Of a stretch of 64,000 bases of DNA, positions 59,729-64,000 are shown in pieces. A program made the position numbers and the translations under genes. The notes below the pieces were generated by a model. It was given only the letters and a program-made list of their open reading frames with translations. It did not search any database and was not told the DNA's origin. Each line of letters opens with the position of its first letter. Positions within the stretch are counted from its first letter, which is position 1. The stretch comes from Candidatus Kapaibacterium sp. GTDB lineage: Bacteria > Bacteroidota > Ignavibacteria > Kapaibacteriales > Kapaibacteriaceae. The DNA lies in contig VEQR01000003.1 of the NCBI GenBank assembly GCA_018883125.1, positions 178 through 64,177 of the forward strand, in the 5' to 3' direction.

Positions 59729-60756
59729 ACGTCGTCATTCGAAAATAAGGTCGTTGGGGAATTCGGTGCGCTCAATCCCATGTGTCGATAGGCAAGGGGC
59801 GTAGCGGTACGTCCGCGTGGCGTCCGCTGTAGAAATCCCTGCTGTATCAGAAATGGCTCGTAGACTTCTTCAAGTGTGCCTGCATCCTCGCCCACGGCAA
59901 CTGCAAGTGTGGATATCCCTACCGGACCGCCATTGAACTTCTCGATCAGCGCCAGTATCACGCGCGTGTCCATCTCATCCAGGCCGAACTCATCAACGTC
60001 CAGGGCCTCAAGCGCCATGCGGGCAACTTCACGTGTGATGGTTCCGCCCCCTTTCACATCAGCAAAATCCCGTGTGCGACGCAGCAGGCGATTGGCAATG
60101 CGCGGGGTTCCCCGGGCACGGCGCGCAAGCTCATTTGTTCCATCGTCGTGGATCGGCACTCCGAGCAGGGCGGCACTTCGACGGATGACCATCGCAAGGT
60201 CTGCAGCGTCGTAGTAATCAAGACGATTTGTGATGCCAAAGCGGGACCGTAAAGGGGCTGTGAGCAGACCCTGACGTGTTGTTGCCCCAACAAGGGTGAA
60301 GCGGGGAATGGAGAGCTGCACCGAGCGGGCAGCCGGACCCGAGTCGATCATGATGTCGAGCCGGAAGTCCTCCATAGCTGAATAGAGGTATTCCTCAACC
60401 ACCGGTGAGAGTCGATGAATCTCATCGATGAACAGAATGTCGTTCTCGTCCAGACTCGTCAGCAGTCCAGCAAGATCTCCCGGCTTTTCGAGCACGGGTC
60501 CGGATGTGATCTTGATCTGCGCATTCATCTCTCGCGCGATGATGTGCGAAAGCGTGGTCTTTCCCAAACCCGGAGGTCCGGTCAGCAGCACATGGTCGAG
60601 CGATTCACCTCGCCCCCTTGCCGCAGCGATAAAGACCTTCAGATTCTCAACGATCTTCCGCTGTCCGGTAAAATCGTCGAACGATATCGGGCGCAACGAT
60701 GCATCAACGTCATCATCACGACGCACCGGATCTGTTGAAGTATTTGGACGAGACAT
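59725..60756 (-). CDS. ruvB: Holliday junction branch migration DNA helicase RuvB
   Basis: [12 protein letters not shown], Walker [20 protein letters not shown] and the C-terminal winged helix are canonical. The ATG is at 60756; the track uses a TTG at 60759. Confidence 0.96.
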   Translation of the reverse strand: MSRPNTSTDPVRRDDDVDASLRPISFDDFTGQRKIVENLKVFIAAARGRGESLDHVLLTGPPGLGKTTLSHIIAREMNAQIKITSGPVLEKPGDLAGLLTSLDENDILFIDEIHRLSPVVEEYLYSAMEDFRLDIMIDSGPAARSVQLSIPRFTLVGATTRQGLLTAPLRSRFGITNRLDYYDAADLAMVIRRSAALLGVPIHDDGTNELARRARGTPRIANRLLRRTRDFADVKGGGTITREVARMALEALDVDEFGLDEMDTRVILALIEKFNGGPVGISTLAVAVGEDAGTLEEVYEPFLIQQGFLQRTPRGRTATPLAYRHMGLSAPNSPTTLFSNDDV

Positions 60757-60764
60757 CAATGGAA

Positions 60765-61050
60765 ATTACGGAGTTACTGAGGTATGGAATTACTGAATTA
60801 CTGAATTACTGAATTACTGAATTACTGAATTACGAGAGTTACGAGAGTTACGAGAGTTACGAGAGTTACGAGAGTTACGAGAGTTACAGAGTGACGAGAG
60901 TTACGAGAGTTACAGAGTTAAGGAGGTACTCCAACATTGGTGAGCAACTCCGTAATTCGGTACCTCCGTAATTCAGTACCTCCGTAATTCAGTACCTCCG
61001 TAATTCAGTACCTCCGTAATTCAGTACCTCCGTAATTCAGTACCTCCGTA
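60765..61050. repeat. Composite array: TTACTGAA 8-mers (x5), then TTACGAGAG 9-mers (about 9), a short core, then the 16-bp higher-order unit TACCTCCGTAATTCAG (x6) in inverted orientation
   Basis: Direct reading shows it occupies nearly all of the 304-bp divergent spacer between ruvB and bamD. Confidence 0.96.
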
Positions 61051-61060
61051 ACTTCGAACT

Positions 61061-61807
61061 ATGTTTCGTTTGTTCATTCCACTTTTTGCCGTGCTTGGCA
61101 TCGTTCTCAGTGCGTGCTCCTCTGCGGAGGGGGCGAAGAAGTCCAAGACTGTTGACGAGATCTACACCGAGGCCAAGGCGGCGTACGACGACGACAACTG
61201 GCTTGAGGCGCAGGCAAAGTTTGATGTGATTAAACTCCAGTACCCGGCATCGCAGTATGCAGATGACGCGCAGTACTACCTGGCAGAGATCAATTTCCAG
61301 CGGAGTGAGTATATCATGGCGGCGTTCAACTATAACCAGTTGCGCCGGTCTTATCCGTCGAGTGAGTTTGTTCGTGAGGCGATGTATAAAGCAGCATTGT
61401 GTTACGATAAGATCGCACTACCGGCCGATAGGGATCAGGAGAATACTCGCAAGGCGATCATGGCGTACACGGACTTTCAGTCTATGTACATGCGCGACTC
61501 ACTAGGACTCGAGGCAACCAAGCGGATCCGTGAACTTCGGGACAGACTTGCCGAGCGGTTCTGGCTGGCTGCCGAGCACTATATCCGCACCTACGCCCGC
61601 CGGGCAGCGATCATTCAGTACGATGCGATCATCGACGAGTATCCGGACAGCAAGTGGCTCGAACCGGCGCTGGTTCAGAAGATCGACGTACTTATCCAGC
61701 TTCAGCGAAATGACGAGGCGCGCACGGCCATCGCTGCCTACCGGCGGATGGTGAAACAACCTGAGCAAAGATCCGTCGTCGACGCACTAGAGAAGGGAAT
61801 CAAATGA
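61061..61807 (+). CDS. bamD: Outer membrane protein assembly factor BamD
   Basis: It has a lipobox (VLSACSS). The TPR-like BamD/YfiO pattern reads IYTEAKAAYDDDNWLEAQAKFDVIKLQYPASQYADDAQYYLAE. Confidence 0.8.
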   Translation: MFRLFIPLFAVLGIVLSACSSAEGAKKSKTVDEIYTEAKAAYDDDNWLEAQAKFDVIKLQYPASQYADDAQYYLAEINFQRSEYIMAAFNYNQLRRSYPSSEFVREAMYKAALCYDKIALPADRDQENTRKAIMAYTDFQSMYMRDSLGLEATKRIRELRDRLAERFWLAAEHYIRTYARRAAIIQYDAIIDEYPDSKWLEPALVQKIDVLIQLQRNDEARTAIAAYRRMVKQPEQRSVVDALEKGIK

Positions 61808-62283
61808 AGACGCCGGCAGAAAGCACCGTGGTGATGACCGAGCTTGTGCTACCCAACGACACCAACTATCTCGGAAACCTCCTTGGTGGCCGACTCATGC
61901 ACTGGATCGACATCGCCGCCGCTCTGAGCGCCATGCGCCACAGCGGCAAGGTCTGTGTAACGGCCTCTGTCGATGAGATCAACTTTAACGAGCCCATCAA
62001 GCTCGGGCACGTCGTACACATATCATCCATTCTGACGCGGGCATTCCATACCTCCATGGAGGTGTTCGTTCACGTCGAACGAGAAGACCCGCTCAACGGA
62101 ACCCGCACGCGGACCTCGGAAGCGTACCTGACCTTTGTTGCCATCGATCAATATGGCAAGCCCCTTCCCGCACCGCCCCTCGAACCACAGACCGACGAGG
62201 AAAAACTTCGCTACGAAGAAGCATCCATGCGTCGCGAGATCCGCCTGCGTCAGCGTGAGGTTATGAAGGCCCGCCGGGGATGA
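61804..62283 (+). CDS. Acyl-CoA thioesterase (hotdog fold, YciA-like)
   Basis: VMTELVLPNDTNYLGNLLGGRLMHWIDIAAA...ASVDEINFNEPIKLG is a typical acyl-CoA thioester hydrolase. Confidence 0.8.
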   Translation: MKTPAESTVVMTELVLPNDTNYLGNLLGGRLMHWIDIAAALSAMRHSGKVCVTASVDEINFNEPIKLGHVVHISSILTRAFHTSMEVFVHVEREDPLNGTRTRTSEAYLTFVAIDQYGKPLPAPPLEPQTDEEKLRYEEASMRREIRLRQREVMKARRG

Positions 62284-63557
62284 TGCGACGCATCGTCCTG
62301 ATCCTCTTTTTGTTGATGCCGGGCATCGCCGGCTACGGTGCTGATGTTGTTGTTCGAATGATCCGCGCCTACGGTGGTTCCAACGAAGCGCTACCCCCGG
62401 TGGTTGTGTTGAGTGCGGAGAAAGGGGGCGATGTAGGATCCAACTCTGTGACGATCGAGTTCGACGTGTCGGCATCCTCCATCCCCAACGTCTATGCACG
62501 CATTGTGCATTGCAATGCCGACTGGACGCCGGATGAGAATGGATTTCTCTCCGATGTGAACAACCGCACCACGCTCGTTGATTGGAAAATCATGCCGGCC
62601 AGATCCACCTATTCGGGATATCGTGGAATGCTGTCGCTGCCAAATGTTCAGACCTCCATACGGTTCTCCGGGAATTGGCTGGTGAAGATCCACGATCTGG
62701 ATAGTGACTCACTCATTGCCGAGACCCGGTTCTTTGCCGTCGAGACCCGTGCGACGATTCGCATGAATTTCATGACGGATTTCTACCAGCCCCGCTACCG
62801 CGTCAGCGGAACAGCCTATACCATCGAGACGATGGTGCAGGACAACACTGCACGCCTGCTCTCGACGAATCTTCACACTGTTGTGCTGTATCGTAACAAC
62901 CGCTGGTACGACCCATTCATTGCCTCAGAGCGGCTGCGGTCGGTCGTAAATCCTGGTACGATCGGGTCGGACATTCTCGGCATGGTGCAGGGAGGAAAGA
63001 TCTTTCGTGTCTCTCGCATACCGGCACAGAACGAGTATCGCGTGCTGGATGTCTCCAACCCCGGACGGTTCCCCTCCACAGGCCAGCCGATCCCGATCGG
63101 ACTCTCGGACATCCGTCGCAACGGGATGTTTGTGCAGCGCGCCGATGACGGTGCAATGCTGGCAGGGGGCATTTCAAACGCCATTGATGAGTTCGTTCCC
63201 GTGGAGTTCCTGTTGGACCCAACGCCCGGCGGAGCGAGTGACGACGACATCTTCGTCGCGGGGTCCTTCAATAACTGGCGTCCGAACCGGGATTGGATGA
63301 TGTACTTCGATGCACAGCTGAGACTCTATCGCCTCCGCCAATGGGTCCGCCGCGGACGTCACAACTACCTCTATGCGAATGGTCGTATCAGTGCGGATTC
63401 CTACGATGCTATCAACGTGAACTACGAGGAATTCGAAGGCAATACCGCCTCGGCGAATAACACGTTCATTTCCTTCGCCTACTACCGCGAACTCGACTAC
63501 GGTGGATACGACGGCATCGTTGCCGTAGGTGCCGGCACGATGTACGGCAACAAGTGA
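62280..63557 (+). CDS. DUF5103 / type IX secretion system plug-like protein
   Basis: It has a signal peptide. YARIVHCNADWTPDENGFLSD...SIRFSGNWLVKIHD resembles, from my recollection, the conserved HCNADWTPS...SGNYLLKVY block of DUF5103 (T9SS_plug_1st). Confidence 0.55.
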   Translation: MMRRIVLILFLLMPGIAGYGADVVVRMIRAYGGSNEALPPVVVLSAEKGGDVGSNSVTIEFDVSASSIPNVYARIVHCNADWTPDENGFLSDVNNRTTLVDWKIMPARSTYSGYRGMLSLPNVQTSIRFSGNWLVKIHDLDSDSLIAETRFFAVETRATIRMNFMTDFYQPRYRVSGTAYTIETMVQDNTARLLSTNLHTVVLYRNNRWYDPFIASERLRSVVNPGTIGSDILGMVQGGKIFRVSRIPAQNEYRVLDVSNPGRFPSTGQPIPIGLSDIRRNGMFVQRADDGAMLAGGISNAIDEFVPVEFLLDPTPGGASDDDIFVAGSFNNWRPNRDWMMYFDAQLRLYRLRQWVRRGRHNYLYANGRISADSYDAINVNYEEFEGNTASANNTFISFAYYRELDYGGYDGIVAVGAGTMYGNK

Positions 63558-63810
63558 CGAGAGACGAGAGACGAGAGACGAGTGACAAGTGACGAGAGAC
63601 GAGAGACAAGAGACGAGAGACGAGAGACAAGAGACGAGAGACGGGTGGTAGACCCCGCTAATAGCCCCGGGCCTTATTAGCCCCGGGCCTTGGCCCGGGG
63701 TACGAGAGACGAGAGACAAGAGACGAGAGACAAGAGACGAGAGACGAGAGACGAGAGGATACTCCGTAATTCAGTAATTCAGTAATTCAGTAATTCAGTA
63801 ATTCCGTCCC
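63556..63810. repeat. Composite array: GAGAGAC/AAGAGAC heptamers (about 12), a hairpin module (a partial CCCCGGGCC copy plus the full CCCCGGGCCTTGGCCCGGGG at 63680-63699), heptamers (about 8), then CCGTAATT/CAGTAATT 8-mers (about 6)
   Basis: Direct reading shows it fills the entire convergent spacer from the TGA at 63555-63557 to the era stop at 63811-63813. Confidence 0.96.
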
Positions 63811-64000
63811 TCAATATCCCATACTATTCAACTGCGCTTTGTCATTTCGCCAGTCGGAGCGGACCTTGACGTAGAGTTCCAGGTAGACTGCATGACCCAG
63901 GTATTCTTCGATTGTTGCGCGGGCGGTTTCGCCGATTTTTTTCAGGGCAGCCCCTTTCGCGCCGATAATGATCGCCTTTTGGTTGTCGCGCTCTACGATG
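63811..64000 (-). CDS. era: GTPase Era, C-terminal KH domain (partial; N-terminus beyond the right edge)
   Basis: My own translation of the minus strand gives IVERDNQKAIIIGAKGAALKKIGETARATIEEYLGHAVYLELYVKVRSDWRNDKAQLNSMGY*. This matches the Era KH-domain consensus (..QK.IIIGK.G..LK.IG..AR..IE......V.LEL.VKV...WR.....L...GY). Confidence 0.8.
   Translation of the reverse strand, partial: IVERDNQKAIIIGAKGAALKKIGETARATIEEYLGHAVYLELYVKVRSDWRNDKAQLNSMGY

Overview
This window is a roughly 64 kb chromosomal segment that is gene-dense and mostly housekeeping. It most likely comes from an FCB-group bacterium (Bacteroidota / Ignavibacteriota / Chlorobiota-like). The evidence for that placement is T9SS C-terminal sorting domains on two large secreted proteins, a DUF5103 T9SS-plug-like protein, DUF3078, BamD, BshC and an archaeal-type ProRS.

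I can support about 47 CDS:
- Recombination and replication: ruvA, ruvB, ligA.
- Respiration: an isolated nuoG-nuoH-nuoI block.
- Cell wall and envelope: murE, bamD, a lolE-like permease, lepA followed by two lepB copies, and OmpA/TolB-like proteins.
- Translation: rpsU, proS, and a partial era.
- Metabolism: a pyrD-like gene, ppk1, hemW, bshC, a crtI-family gene, a gabD-like gene and a PGI/PMI gene.
- Regulation: a LuxR-type two-component pair and a small XRE regulator.

I saw no rRNA, tRNA, CRISPR array, transposase, integrase or obvious defence island.

The standout feature is not a gene. At least 12 intergenic loci, about 2.3 kb by my hand count, are filled with tandem arrays of 7-, 8- and 9-bp units. 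These units belong to one inter-related motif family, [G/T]TAC[T/G]GA[A/G] and its 1-step derivatives. There is also a GC-rich 9/18-bp unit and a 53-bp module carrying a perfect CCCCGGGCC-TT-GGCCCGGGG hairpin.

The arrays usually run right up to the flanking start or stop codons. Several are organised as two inverted arms, giving long imperfect palindromes around a short core. In one case the inverted arms flank a complete gene of the 23S-rRNA-IVS / Avd four-helix-bundle family. I do not recognise this as a described repeat system. Its function is unknown, and candidates include RNA processing stems, insulators or terminators, contingency loci, or a selfish element.
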